64,000 bases of DNA. Origin: Mytilus edulis. Lineage: Eukaryota. The first letter of the stretch is position 1. Each line of letters opens with the position of its first letter. The position numbers were made by a program, and so were the translations under genes. Positions 36,171 to 48,640 of the stretch are shown here, piece by piece. The DNA lies in contig NC_092356.1 in the NCBI RefSeq assembly GCF_963676685.1, positions 67,766,001-67,830,000 of the forward strand. Direction: 5' to 3'. The notes under the pieces are model-generated. The model saw only the letters and a list, made by a program, of their open reading frames with translations, did no database searches and was not told where the DNA came from.

Positions 36171-36481
36171 TCATATCAAAATAGTTAAAAAGCCAAATAA
36201 ATACAAAGTTGAAGAGCATTGAGGACCAAAAATTCCAAAAAGTTGTGCCAAATACGGCTAAGGTAATCTACTCCTGGGGTAAGAAAATCCTTAGTTTTTC
36301 GAAAAATTCTAAGTTTTGTAAACAGAAAATTTATACAAATGACCATATAATTGATATTCATGCCAACACCGAAGTGCTGACTACTGGGCTGGTGATACCC
36401 TCGGGGACGAAACGTCCACCAGCAGTGGCATCGACCCAGTGGTGTAAATAGTTATCAAAAGTACCAGGATTACAATTTTAT

Positions 36482-36525
36482 ACGCCAGACGCGCGTTTCG
36501 TCTACATAAGACTCATCAGTGACGC
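36482..36525 (-). ncRNA. Type-I hammerhead ribozyme (copy 2)
   Basis: Identical to 36127-36170. Confidence 0.92.
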
Positions 36526-36836
36526 TCATATCAAAATAGTTAAAAAGCCAAATAAATACAAAGTTGAAGAGCATTGAGGACCAAAAATTCCAAAAAGTTG
36601 TGCCAAATACGGCTAAGGTAATCTACTCCTGGGGTAAGAAAATCCTTAGTTTTTCGAAAAATTCTAAGTTTTGTAAACAGAAAATTTATACAAATGACCA
36701 TATAATTGATATTCATGCCAACACCGAAGTGCTGACTACTGGGCTGGTGATACCCTCGGGGACGAAACGTCCACCAGCAGTGGCATCGACCCAGTGGTGT
36801 AAATAGTTATCAAAAGTACCAGGATTACAATTTTAT

Positions 36837-36880
36837 ACGCCAGACGCGCGTTTCGTCTACATAAGACTCATCAGTGACGC
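36837..36880 (-). ncRNA. Type-I hammerhead ribozyme (copy 3)
   Basis: Identical to 36127-36170. Confidence 0.92.
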
Positions 36881-37605
36881 TCATATCAAAATAGTTAAAA
36901 AGCCAAATAAATACAAAGTTGAAGCTAGGGTCATATTTATGCTAGATTGACTGGACTAATACATTTATAGGATGTAAGATAAAGTAAGTTTCATATGTGT
37001 TTGTATAGGCTAATGTTTCTATAAAAATAATTAAACAAAAAAACTATAAGTAAAAATATTCAATGGATAATGTTATAGACACTACTCATATTTTGTTTTA
37101 TGAAAAAAAAGAATATTGGAACTGATCAATTTCGTCTGGTTTATATACCGTAATTATTTTAAGTAAAGAGAGCGATTTTTTATTACTTAATTCCCGTGTG
37201 GACCTTGGTACATTGATTCAAATAAATGCCGAAGATTTCAACAAAAATCAGTTATGTTTAGCCCAAGCATAGTTTCAATAGTTTTCTTTTTATCTTCTTT
37301 TTTTCTTGTGATTCGAAACTACGTTCGGAAGAAATTACATCAAATCTGAGCGTGGTGTTGATAAACCATACGAAACCAGACGCAATTTATAAAGCAAACA
37401 TAATAACCCCAGACGCAATATCGTGCTGATCGTAAATCAGATTTATTGTCATTGTATTTTCTTGATAACTAAAATTTATAGATTTAAAGAGGCTTATAGG
37501 TAACTTTAGACTTCAACATTGGCAATTTTGACAGTAACTTTATCGACAGGATGTCGCGAATAGATAATATTTTAAACTAAACTTTTGAATAATTCAAGTG
37601 GCAGA

Positions 37606-40164
37606 ATGAATACGTCTTCGTCCAAAATCATCTTTTTAGTAGGAACATTACTAGTAAGCTCTGTCGCACTCATAACTGCAGATGTCGGAAAATGTAGTAA
37701 TGGAGTGCAGTATTGTCAATATAGTCATTGGGATTCTTGGGATATCTGTAATGTTAGCTTCTCTGGAAAATACAGGCAGATAAGATTGCGAACTCTCTGT
37801 TGCAAAGTAGCAATGGACTGCTTGAAGAATTGCAACATTTCCAATTATGTTTACAGAGACGAAAGGACGTGTACAGTTGCTGATTCAAAACGAACAAAAT
37901 GTAAGTCACAATCGAAAAACTATGAAAACGAAACATCTGCAATAGACATGATTCCTGTAAAATAATCAATATATATATATATACTGTTAAACATGCTTTA
38001 AAATGTAAACCTGATTGTTTACAATATGTATTTTGATAAAGAAAAAGACATACATACTTAAGACACTTTCTTATCAACTTTAAGTGCAAAAATACTAACA
38101 ATACTGACTGGTAAATGAATCCACACAGACGGCTACAATTGAAACAAATCTACACCAAAATTGATACTTCACAAAGTGAAATTTAATTAGTGTTGTTTTT
38201 TAAATACTTGATCAATATTTTGCATTGTGCGTGATATATAAAAAGTTACAGTTGAATTTGGATTTTTTTCAGTATCCGCTGAATTGATAGTCGGAGTTTG
38301 TTTTGGAGTTCTCGTTTCTATACTTATTGCCGTTATTGTTACTTTGGTGCTGCTACACAGGTAAAAATAAAAAATTAAATACTTTCGGGATTGAGACATT
38401 TGATTCTCGGGAATTTAACAGTATTATTTTAATCGTTTGCAAATTTTTTAGATTTATACGATATTTACGTACGAAATGTAAACTAGTATAAGGGCATATG
38501 ATACAGTAGAGATCCCTCGTTGAATTGTTCTTGAAATTTTGGTAGAACGTCAATTTGACTGTCCCGATGGTATTGTTTGACCCTCTTCAATATGTACTCC
38601 TGGTATATACAAAGAAAACTATGTATTCCTGACTTTTTGTTTAGATAATTTAGTTAAAAATTTGTATATTTGAAGGAAAAACCCTGAAATGTCATCAATA
38701 AGGACTTTTATGGAAAGTAACAATACTTTTTAACAAACGGTCATAACTTAACCGGGTTTTTTATACGACCGCAAACTCATTTTTTGCGGTCATATATTGG
38801 TTTCACGTCGTCGTCGTCGTCGTCATCGTCCGCGTCGTCCGAAGAATTTGGTTTCCGGAAAATATCTTTAGCATAAATTAATATAAATCTATGAAGTTTA
38901 GAAGTTTAAACACAAGATTTATTACCACAAAAGGAAGGTTGGGATTACGTTTAAGGGTTATGGTCCCAATTGTTAAGGAATAAGGGTTCAAAAAGGGGCC
39001 CAAAGAAGCATTTTTCCAGTTTCCAGACAATGACTTTTGGAATGGTGTATTGATCTGTCTGAAATACTACCACAAGGTTTCATACCAGAAAGGGATGATT
39101 AATATTTGCTTTGTGTGGTTATGGCTCCAACCGTTCAGGAATAAGAGACAACAAAGGTGGAAAAAGAAGGGTGTCCTGGTTAATGGACAATTACCTAAGT
39201 ACGAAACAGAATTTAAAAGCAGTGTAAGGGAGGTAGTTCAAACAATTGACAATTACCTCCCTTACAATGTTTTTAAATTATGTATAAAGAAATGTTGTAA
39301 TATCTTGTGATGATTAACTGTCAATTTTATTTTTAGAAGTAACTATTTTAAAATGCTGATGCAGGTAATTTCATTTAAGCCATGATTATGTATGCCATTT
39401 TTTATTTGACTTTTATGACGTATTTAAAGGGTTCTTACGGTTGCAAACTCTATTTGAAATTTGAATTGAGATTATGACCATATTTTAAGAGAAAGAACTC
39501 TTTTAGGAAAGCCGGGGGGTGTGTTAAATGTGGATAGCGGGTAAAATATTGGTTTTTTTTTTAGGGGGGAAGGAGGTCAATTTACAACAGCATAGAGTAT
39601 TGCGCAAAAGATAAAAAAATATGAATATAAATTCAAATCACCTAACCAATTCGAGTTCTTTGTTTACAGTTATTCTGTGTCAGAAACCTATTATGTGCCA
39701 ATTTTGTTTAAATTAAAATCCAAATTCAGACTTGTATCAAGTGCGAATATCCTGTCCATTTTTGTCCCAGCTGTTTATGGTTAGATGAAGGCGATCGTAT
39801 CCGGCTGCGCTCGGCGATTCCAAATTATTGTTTTCTGAATTTATCTTACTATTAGCGAAGTGAAGAAATTGACAATATTTTTGGTCTATTCAGAAGTGCA
39901 ACTTGGTTTAAATAATTCCTATGCATTTAACAAAAGTGGAATCTCTTCTTCTTATTGTAATGTACTATTTGCGTTATGAAAAACTAAATGCTACCAGTAC
40001 TATAACTTATTAATATAGTATGTTGAATATTAGTACTATATGATAACAGGCAAACATGCTAACATTTTAACATATACTTTTTTCTTAGGTTAAAGAAGAT
40101 TGCACTGTTCACAAGATGGAGGAAAATAGAACATAAAGATGCCGATACAAAAACAGAAACTTAA
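37606..40164 (+). CDS. Uncharacterised ~152-aa type-I membrane protein with a TSP1-like Cys-rich ectodomain (exons 37606-37900, 38273-38360, 40089-40164)
   Basis: Signal peptide IIFLVGTLLVSSVALITA; CQYSHWDSWDICNVS...RQIRLRTLCC; donor T|gtaagt; TM exon LIVGVCFGVLVSILIAVIVTLVLL; basic tail RLKKIALFTRWRK...TET*; phases 1 and 2 are consistent. Confidence 0.75.
38758..39820 (+). mobile_element. Degenerate HINE/Helentron-like element in intron 2 of the TSP1-like gene
   Basis: tttttatacgaccgcaaa..tttgcggtc hairpin, a (gtc)n microsatellite and 3' gcgatcgtat subterminal repeat. Confidence 0.6.
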
Positions 40165-41033
40165 CTTTAAAAGCTATTTGTAATTTGACTCAAATTTTAT
40201 ATTAAAACCTGAGAAGCAAAAAAAAATCGATCGTTGATTGTTTTTCTTAAAATTTTGGCGGAGCGTTCTTTAAACAAATAATTTGATTGATTAGAAGTAA
40301 GAGAGATAACATTAAAATGAGGACATTTGGTATGATTGCCAATTATACAACTATCAACCATAGATTAAATTACGAAGATAAACGCAATTAAAGAGTCACC
40401 GTAAGGTCTTAAACATAAAAAAAAAAGCTACACCGTATAATCAGCTTTAAAAAGCCCCGACTGAAAATGTAAAACAATTCATATATTTTTTTATATAAAT
40501 AATGACGTCCACTAATAAGGTAGCTGATTAAATATATATGCATTTTGGTGTGCTTCTGTTAAGGCCATACGATACGGTAGCAGGGGGATATAATAGCGTT
40601 TTGAAAATATTTCGTGTTGTTTTCACGACATTGTTAATCAGAACGTTGTCATTACGTGATGTTTCTCACAAGAATGATTACATTTTGCGACGTCGCTTAA
40701 GATGCAGTCACATTTGCGGAACATCAACTGACGTCATGAATTCTACCTAAGAGACAACCGAGAGATCAGTTGCGATGAACGGTTGTTAAGGTGGATCATT
40801 GGTATATATTTCCTAAGAAAGAATTTTCTGATACTTTGCCAAAATGTAGATTTTTCTTCTCTTCCTTTTGTCAAAAACATAATTAACAGTCAATAGATGC
40901 TAGGCAGGGACACTTTTCTCCATGTAGATGTTCTTGTTGTACAGGCTTTCCTTTTTGTTCTCGTTTATATATAAATGCTTTACGTTTCTGTTAAGTATAC
41001 AAAATATTTAAAACAACAAGTAATAAATATCCT

Positions 41034-41270
41034 GCATCCGGAGCGCTTTTCTAGAGTTACCTTCATCAGGAACGCTCAAAGCCATTTTTTTTTAAAGCCA
41101 AGTATGTATAAGAACCGGAACAGTTAAAAAGCTTTATGATCAAAAAGGACATAAAAAGTTACCAAATCCATTATAAGTCAACTTTGTCTGACGACGTATA
41201 ACATTTGTTATAAATTGCATGCGTCCGAAGCGCTTTTATAGATTTACTTACATCAAGAAATATCAAAGCC
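41034..41270 (-). repeat. Two ~187-bp units of a distinct hammerhead-bearing repeat (decayed)
   Basis: Minus strand 41075-41034: GCGUUC-CUGAUGA-AGGuaacuCUA-GAAA-A-gcgc-UCC-GGAUGC; the second copy near 41221 keeps agcgcuuc^ggacgc but has a mutated core. Confidence 0.65.
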
Positions 41271-42104
41271 GATATAATGCTTGATATACATACTACTGTA
41301 ATGCCCCGCGAAAAGTGGGTGGGATGAAGCACCTGCAAATATGTTCAAAAAGTAAAATAACAAAAATGCCAAACTCTGTTGAAAACTCAAAACGGAAAGT
41401 CCCTAATCAAATAGCAAAATTAAAAGCTTAAACACATCAAACAAATTGATAACAACTCCCATATTCCTGACTTGGTACTGGCATTAAAACCACCCCATTT
41501 TGATTTATTTTATCGAGCCAATGCCATGTTATGCAACTGTCAGATATTAATATATTGTTGAGTTTTTTTCTTAGTGTTTTTTTTTCCTTTCCTATATATG
41601 TGTTTTCTCTAGAGCTTAATCTATTTTCTACGCAATGTCTTGTACAAATATGATATAAATATACGAATGTATGAACATTAAGGTACAACTCAAATTTATA
41701 TTTTACAAAACCAAAATGGAAACTGACCAGGTATTTAGTTTAGATATATTCATTTCGACATTTTGTTAGTGAAAATTTCAGGTTTATCATGTATTTCATA
41801 TTTCTATAAAGCATATTATATGAGAGGGCGTAAAGGTACTTGTTGTTTTTCGTCTTCATATTTTTTACCATTCGATTTCGTTATAAATTCAGTTGAAATA
41901 AAATCTTAATGTATTTCTAAAAATGGTTTGCTCCCAAGCGGCCTTTGCCATTTCTGTAGGTTTTAAAGCTTTCTGGGGAAACTGTATACGCTATTATGGC
42001 ATGTATCTACATTTGCTTCCCTGCTTTTATTCATTTGAGCCATGATTTAGTACCCCATATAATGTCTAGTTAAGTGAAGTCTGCTTATTTCTCGGTGATA
42101 CTTA

Positions 42105-42378
42105 GACCTACCGAATTAGACTATTTACCGGATTTGTAATCACATAAGCAACACGACGGGTGCCACATGTGGAGCAGGATCTGCTTACCCTTCCGGAGCA
42201 CCTGAGATCACCCCTAGTTTTTGGTGGGGTTCGTGTTGTTTATTCTTTAGTTTTCTATGTTGTGTCATGTGTACTATTGTTTTTCTGTTTGTCTTTTTCA
42301 TTTTTAGCCATGGCGTTATCAGTTTGTTTTAGATTTATGAGTTTGACTGTCCCTTTGGTATCTTTCGTCCCTCTTTTA
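42105..42378 (+). mobile_element. Penelope-like element 3' tail (5'-truncated)
   Basis: Near-identical to 61589-61861. Confidence 0.85.
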
Positions 42379-43809
42379 GACCGTTTACCATAATTATACA
42401 CAAAAATTTTAAATCACAAAAAATGCTGCACTCCGAGGAAAATGCAAAACGGAAAGTCTCTAATCAAATGGCAACATCAAAAGCTCAAACACATCGAACG
42501 AATATACTGTCATATTCCTGACTTGGTACAGGCATTTCCTGATGTAAAAAATGGTGGATTGAACCTGCTTTTAACTATCTATTGAAAAAAATCGATTCTT
42601 GTGAGTAGTTAGAACATGTTGGTTGTATAAAGTTCAAGAGTGACGAAGGACAAACAAAAACGGTCACATCCTCTTCCTCTATAGATTCGATTAAAACTTT
42701 AAAACGAGCCCACTTCCTTTCATAAGTTCTCATATGTTTATTGTATATCATTCAATTATTTCAGAAAAAGGTTGTTCATTCGAATTTTTTTCGAATACCT
42801 TTTTTTTTTTAAACAAGAAGAAAACCTGACAATAATTTTCATGAGATAATACTAAGGTTTCACCTTTTGATACTCTGTAATCTTTTTCTGGATATTCGTT
42901 GATATAATAGTGCAAGAAGACTGAAAAACGTATCCGAATCAAAGCAATTCCCATTTGCAAATCCATGGCCGTCTCAAACAACTAACACGTAGAACAGTTG
43001 AAATTACAACTTCCCAATAAATTTGAAGCCTAGAATGTTACACAAATATTTCGAAAGAATGTCTCTGACTGTCCCCGTCAGGGTTGTTGACATATGAGCT
43101 GTTTGAAATTATGTAGTCAAGCACACAAAATGCTTGTTTATATGTAGTCACTAATGCTTTGATCCAAAAATTACTCATTGAATCATGAGGCGCATAGGCC
43201 ACACAATGAATCATCACCGACTTTGAATCGACGACTCTAAATGTTTAGTATTTTCAAATCTTATTCTGACATTGATAAGTTTTTCAAAGGATATCAGATG
43301 TATCTACATACACGTCATACTTTCTATGATGCAAAAACTGTTAGTTCTATGTTAACGTCTTACACATCTACAAAAGTCTAAACATTTAACGAAAGCAAAC
43401 AAAAAAAAAGGAGATATTTTCAGGTGAAACATCTTATTTACTGCATTAGTTATGTACTTTATTCATATGTCCATGCAACAATCAGTGTATTTAAAACCGT
43501 CTTAGGAATTGCAACATATCAAAAAACCGTGACACCTAAAATCACAAGAGCCTTGGGGATTATGTTTTGCTCTGCAAAATGATAAAAGTATTTCAAATTT
43601 CAATAATCGACAATGACTACTATAAAAAGTCTTCGTATCCACAAAGTTGAATAAGTGAAAGCAGACTTGAAAACAAACAAACTGTTTATTTTAAACAATA
43701 GTGTCAATGGTAGATTATGCAAAAATATTTTTTTATCTTTTCCTTATATTGGATATTAATTAAACATAGGAAGCCAGAAACATGTAGAATATTTTAATAT
43801 ATAATAAAC

Positions 43810-45295
43810 ATTAAAACCAGACGCAATATCGTACTGGAAATCCGATGTATTTTCATTGTATTTTCTTGATAATTGAACATATAGATTTACATAAGGCTTA
43901 TAAGAAACTTTAGTATTTATTATTGCCAACTTTGACAGTAACTTTATAGACAGGATGTCGCCGATACATAAAGTTTTAAACAAAAACTTTAAAATAATTT
44001 GAATAGTAGAACGAGTACATCTTTGCTTTGTACGTCCTTTATAATGTGAATATTAAGCTGTATGTCTTTCATAACTGGGGAGTTGGAAAATTGTCGTAAT
44101 GGAGTACGTACCATATTGTCATTATAACCCTTGGGATTCGTTGGAAATCTTTAAAAGTACAGCCTCTGGAGAAATTGCAACGTTTCCTATTATTCGTACA
44201 AAGACGAAAGGATGTGCACATATGATTTAAAACANNNNNNNNNNNNNNNNNNNNNNNNNNNNNNNNNNNNNNNNNNNNNNNNNNNNNNNNNNNNNNNNNN
44301 NNNNNNNNNNNNNNNNNNNNNNNNNNNNNNNNNNNNNNNNNNNNNNNNNNNNNNNNNNNNNNNNNNNNNNNNNNNNNNNNNNNNNNNNNNNNNNNNNNNN
44401 NNNNNNNNNNNNNNTTGTGTTGCTGATGGCAGGTATAAGTGTTCAGTGTTTGTCTCATGTAGTGATGTCACATTCAGGGAAAAGAGGATTTGATTGGAAT
44501 ATATCTGCAGTCAACTGTGACAACAATTTTCAATAACGGTCAACCAACTCATGATGAAAAGGGGATGACGTCATAATTTACTCCTTGAAACCATTTGTTT
44601 ATTATATCCCCTTTAAGAAACGAGTGAAACGAAAGATCTGGAATAGAAATGATTCCTGTAAAAATCAGTAAACTAAAATTACCGCTAAAATGTTTTTAAA
44701 TCTAAAATCTAAACCTGATTGTTCAAAATATCTTAACTCTTTTATTTTACTAAAATTTGTTTGTCTGTCTTACATTCTAACTGATCTAACCTACTTTAGA
44801 TACTTTCTTAACAACTTTAAATGCAAAAAAATACAGACTAGCAATACTGACTGGTAAATGAATCCACATAGATGTTGTGTCATGTGTACTATTGTTTGTC
44901 TGTTTGTCTTTTTCATTTTTAGCCATGGCGTTGTCAGTTTATTTTTGATTTATGAGTTTGACTGTCCCTTTGGTATCTTTCGTCCCTCTTTTGTAATTGA
45001 AAAAAAATTAAAACGGAACGACACTTCACAAAGTGTAATAAGTGCAAACGTAAAGGTTTTTTTTTATAAATACTTGATAAATATTTTGCATTTTGTGTGG
45101 AAGTTAATTCTCAAATCTTTATTACTTTAATCATATTATGCTTATCAGTAAAACGTAGAAACAAACATATCGTTAGAGTTAAATTTGGTTCTTTTTTCTC
45201 AGCATGCACTGGATAGATTGTCGGAATTTGTTTTGGAGTTCTCGTTTCCATACCTATTGCTGTTATTGTTACTTCGGTGCAACTGCACAGGTAAA
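43810..45295 (+). pseudogene. Pseudogene paralog of the TSP1-like membrane protein gene
   Basis: Upstream region, exon 1 (ATG lost, frameshifts), intron 1 and TM exon 45203-45290 (in-frame TAG) align to 37400-38365; spans an N gap. Confidence 0.75.
44235..44413. other. Assembly gap (N run)
   Basis: Run of n. Confidence 0.99.
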
Positions 45296-45619
45296 AAAAG
45301 ACAATGAACAAATGAGATACAAAAGTCAATCTTTAAGGTGCTTACTGGTACAACCTCGAATAAGTAAAAAATGACAATTCTATTCAACCTTACGAAATAG
45401 TTCAGTGGGGCTGAAGGACTTTTGTCGGGAATTTGGGATTGAGCTGTTGGATTTTTGGTAATATCACGATTAAATCATATCGGGATTCGGGAACGAATAT
45501 ATTTTTTTCGGGGAAAATTAATGTTCTTCTATGAATCACTTTTTTTTAAACATTGTTGATTCATGCGATAATTGTAAACAACAAGTAAACTAGTTTAACC
45601 CCAGCACACGAAAATGCTC

Positions 45620-46660
45620 ATGTCTACAATTCAAGGATGTATTTTTTTTTGTGTTACTTGAAACAATTTAGAGCGCTTCTGTAATTTGTAATTACGAAAT
45701 CTCTGGCTTAATAATTTACCAGTAATACATAGTTTACGTGCGATAAAATCAAAAACAGACACGGGCATAGCGTACGAGTTGTAAAATATGAATACCAAAG
45801 GAACATCTCCATTCAAAAAGGGAAAATTAACAGAAGGGAACGAAAAATCCCTTTTGTCGTAAAGTTTAGAGTTTCCCGTTTAAAACCAAAATATCAAAAT
45901 CTAGGAAAGGACAGTTATTACCGTTAAAATTTGCGTTAATTAACGTAATTACATTTGGGTAAATTTCCGCAATATTGAGAAAATTCTTGATTATTTAAGA
46001 AAAAAATATCATCAAGATAACCATGATAACGGTAAGTGTTATTGAATTTAGAAATTAAATGCAATTTAGACGGTTTTTTAATGAGTTTGGTCATCACCAC
46101 TGTCCTATGATTCATAACAATATAAAAAACAAGTCTGCTATTAAAGGGGCGCAATAAGTGCCCATATGAATACCTACAACCTGTTGATAAAGTACATAAC
46201 TATTATCAAGGATACAAAAATAATAGCTTCAATCATCTCATCAAACCTCCAGTATGCATATCTAGCATATGTACCTTTATCAATAGAGAAGAGTACCTTA
46301 GATGAGTTTCAGAAAAAAAATATTTGGATTGAGATTTACCAAACGACCATCTAATTAGATAGAAACACTTGTGTTTGATAAGATTGTACGGAAGTGTAGT
46401 GTAAAGAGTAGAAAAGTCAAAACTGTCAACATAATCAAAAGGACCACAAAAGCACGTAATTCCATTATTTTCATATATTTTACTATAATTGTGTATGATA
46501 ATCTCTTTGATAGTAGTTAGGGGACTTGTTAAAAGCACTGAAAGATTAGTTGTAGAACACTTACTACGTAGAGGCTGAGATGAAACGATAGTTTACTGGT
46601 TATTTGTGTAGTTTAGCTAACCAATACATAGTAGGGACATGCACATGTTCAGAAGAAGCC
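45620..46660 (-). mobile_element. Decayed Penelope-like RT fragment
   Basis: Fragments SFDFSTLYTTLP, FNNTYRY..YLDDIF and NGDVP on the minus strand, with frameshifts. Confidence 0.8.
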
Positions 46661-47556
46661 TTACACTGTGATGTGGTTATGATGTTTTTCTCCATTTTTG
46701 TTTTTATGTGGTTAGGAATTTGCAACTGTCTGATTGTAATAGATTCAAACACTTGTTTTAAATTTATTTCATGACGTAAAACCTAGTTATTTGAATGTTT
46801 ATGATACTATCTTAAGTGGCAGGTTCATGTACAACAGTGGTAATAATAAGGTATTTACACCACAAACTCATACTGAGAATTGTTATCAAACATTGAGATC
46901 TGATATGAATGACACAGCTACCCACCAAAGGACAAGGATATTAATAACAGTTAACTAGCAAAGTCAGGTTTCAATCATGCTAGCCAGTCCATATAAAGAT
47001 TACTCGACATAAAACATTTCGAGTAACACGTCAATAGATCTACGTGGTAATTTGATCAAATCATTGCGTATAATAAAATTCCAATTTCTTTAAAGCATTT
47101 GTTAAAAATACTTGCATGCAATATATATATATTATTTGATTTTATGCTTTTGTATATTTTTACTGTTCAAATCTCGAGAATTCTTATTTACGAAACCATA
47201 ACGGATACAGGACAATCTAATATAATCAAAAGATACCATTTTGCCATATTTATTAAACGTATTAGCAAAATACGCAGTTTTATTTTCCCCGTTATATTTC
47301 TTAATTTATTTAGTTGTTATGAACTTGACTCAAAACAAAGCGTCGAGTAGTCCTTAACCAACATACCCTTGAACAACTATAATATCTACCACTTTGATAA
47401 TCATTCAGCTGTTTGGAAATAGCATGCCAGAAATAAATCTGAAGTATTATATTTCACCAAATGTCTACTGTCATGCTATCCACCAGTATAAATAACACCA
47501 AACGTCAGCAGTGCTGAATCGGAAAAGTCCTCTGAGAAAAAGCTGAAAACTTCAAC

Positions 47557-48640
47557 ATGATGGTTTTGTTGTGTATCCCTGTTTTGCTTCTTTGTGGACA
47601 AATTGTGGCTGTCAAAGGAGACTGTAATCGAAAACTTGGTAAGAATATCTTGTACATCAGAAATCGTTCTTATTAAATTTAAAAAAAGTATTATTGTTTA
47701 TTCTAAGAAATATGTGTGCTATTTTATTCTACATGTGTGAGTCTATTTATTTTCAAATGTGCGTTTCATTAATTCTAAATGTAAGTAAACTTTTTTTTTA
47801 ATATGCATATTTTCTCTTTAATTGTAGAGAATGGCCTATTTGATGACCTCATTCAGATGATGCTGAAAATCAGGGGATCTGGTAAGTAAAAGCTGGGTGT
47901 AAGTTTTTGGCTATTATTGACTTTTAAAACATTAATGAAAAATTGATTTATGAACAATTAGTATAGATTTGATTTTTTTCTATTTATTGTTTTTTTTTTT
48001 ATATACTTTACATTACACTGTACCAGTGACAAACGATAGAAAGTGTTTTCTTAATTAAATTATATATTCGAGAAGAAGATCATTGCCGGTGATTGTATTT
48101 TTTTCTTTTCCAGCTTGTTGTATTCAAAATTCAGATTTTGACGTTATTATTTTTTCGTTTTGCATATCGGTCAAATTCTAAATTTTTTAAACATTACAAA
48201 AGGTTTGTTTTATAGGTAGTTCAGTTCATGGCCATTTTCCCAAGAGAAAAGACTTTCCAGCTTTTGCAGCATACAGGGCATCTTCACAATCTTTGTCTGT
48301 GAACGAGGTTGTCAAGTTCGATAAAGTTTGGACAAATAATGGAAATGGATACGACCCTAGCAGCGGTGTTTTTACAGCTCCATTGGCAGGATTGTACCAT
48401 TTTGCAGCAGTCGTCATGTCTACGAATGGAGGAAACTTGTATGTTAGGCTCTTCCACAACAACGATAAGATAACATCAACATATACCACTGATAAGGGAT
48501 ACAAGACCGGCACTTTTGATATTGTGTTGACGTTGGAAAAGGGAGACAAGGTATATATTAAATCCGGACATAACAGTCAATCCATTTTCAGTGATGCTGA
48601 TAACTACAGTACCTTTTCAGGAAACCTTATTGCCTTGTAA
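47557..48640 (+). CDS. Secreted C1q-domain-containing protein 3 (exons 47557-47638, 47828-47881, 48216-48640)
   Basis: Signal exon MMVLLCIPVLLLCGQIVAVKG; same phases as genes 1 and 2; intact gC1q. Confidence 0.93.

Larger units (their letters stand above)
36092..36924 (-). mobile_element. Retrozyme: 355-bp tandem array (2.35 identical units) with three type-I hammerhead ribozymes
   Basis: Units start at 36092, 36447 and 36802; each carries a complete hammerhead core on the minus strand. Confidence 0.9.

Noticed and set aside
36209-36451. 80-aa ORF repeated at 36564 and 62369
   Set aside because: TTG start, antisense to the ribozyme; the differences between the 36-kb and 62-kb copies are largely non-synonymous, so it is a by-product of the repeat
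42160-42393. Hydrophobic ORF MPHVEQDLLTLPEH... (also 50228 and 61644)
   Set aside because: T-rich 3' tail of the Penelope-like element; GTG start and ends vary between copies
44069-44493. ORFs spanning the N gap (also 60414-60630)
   Set aside because: Length is inflated by Ns
48226-48549. Antisense 107-aa ORF over C1qDC3, and 38187-38399 over the TM exon
   Set aside because: Shadow frames of real + strand exons
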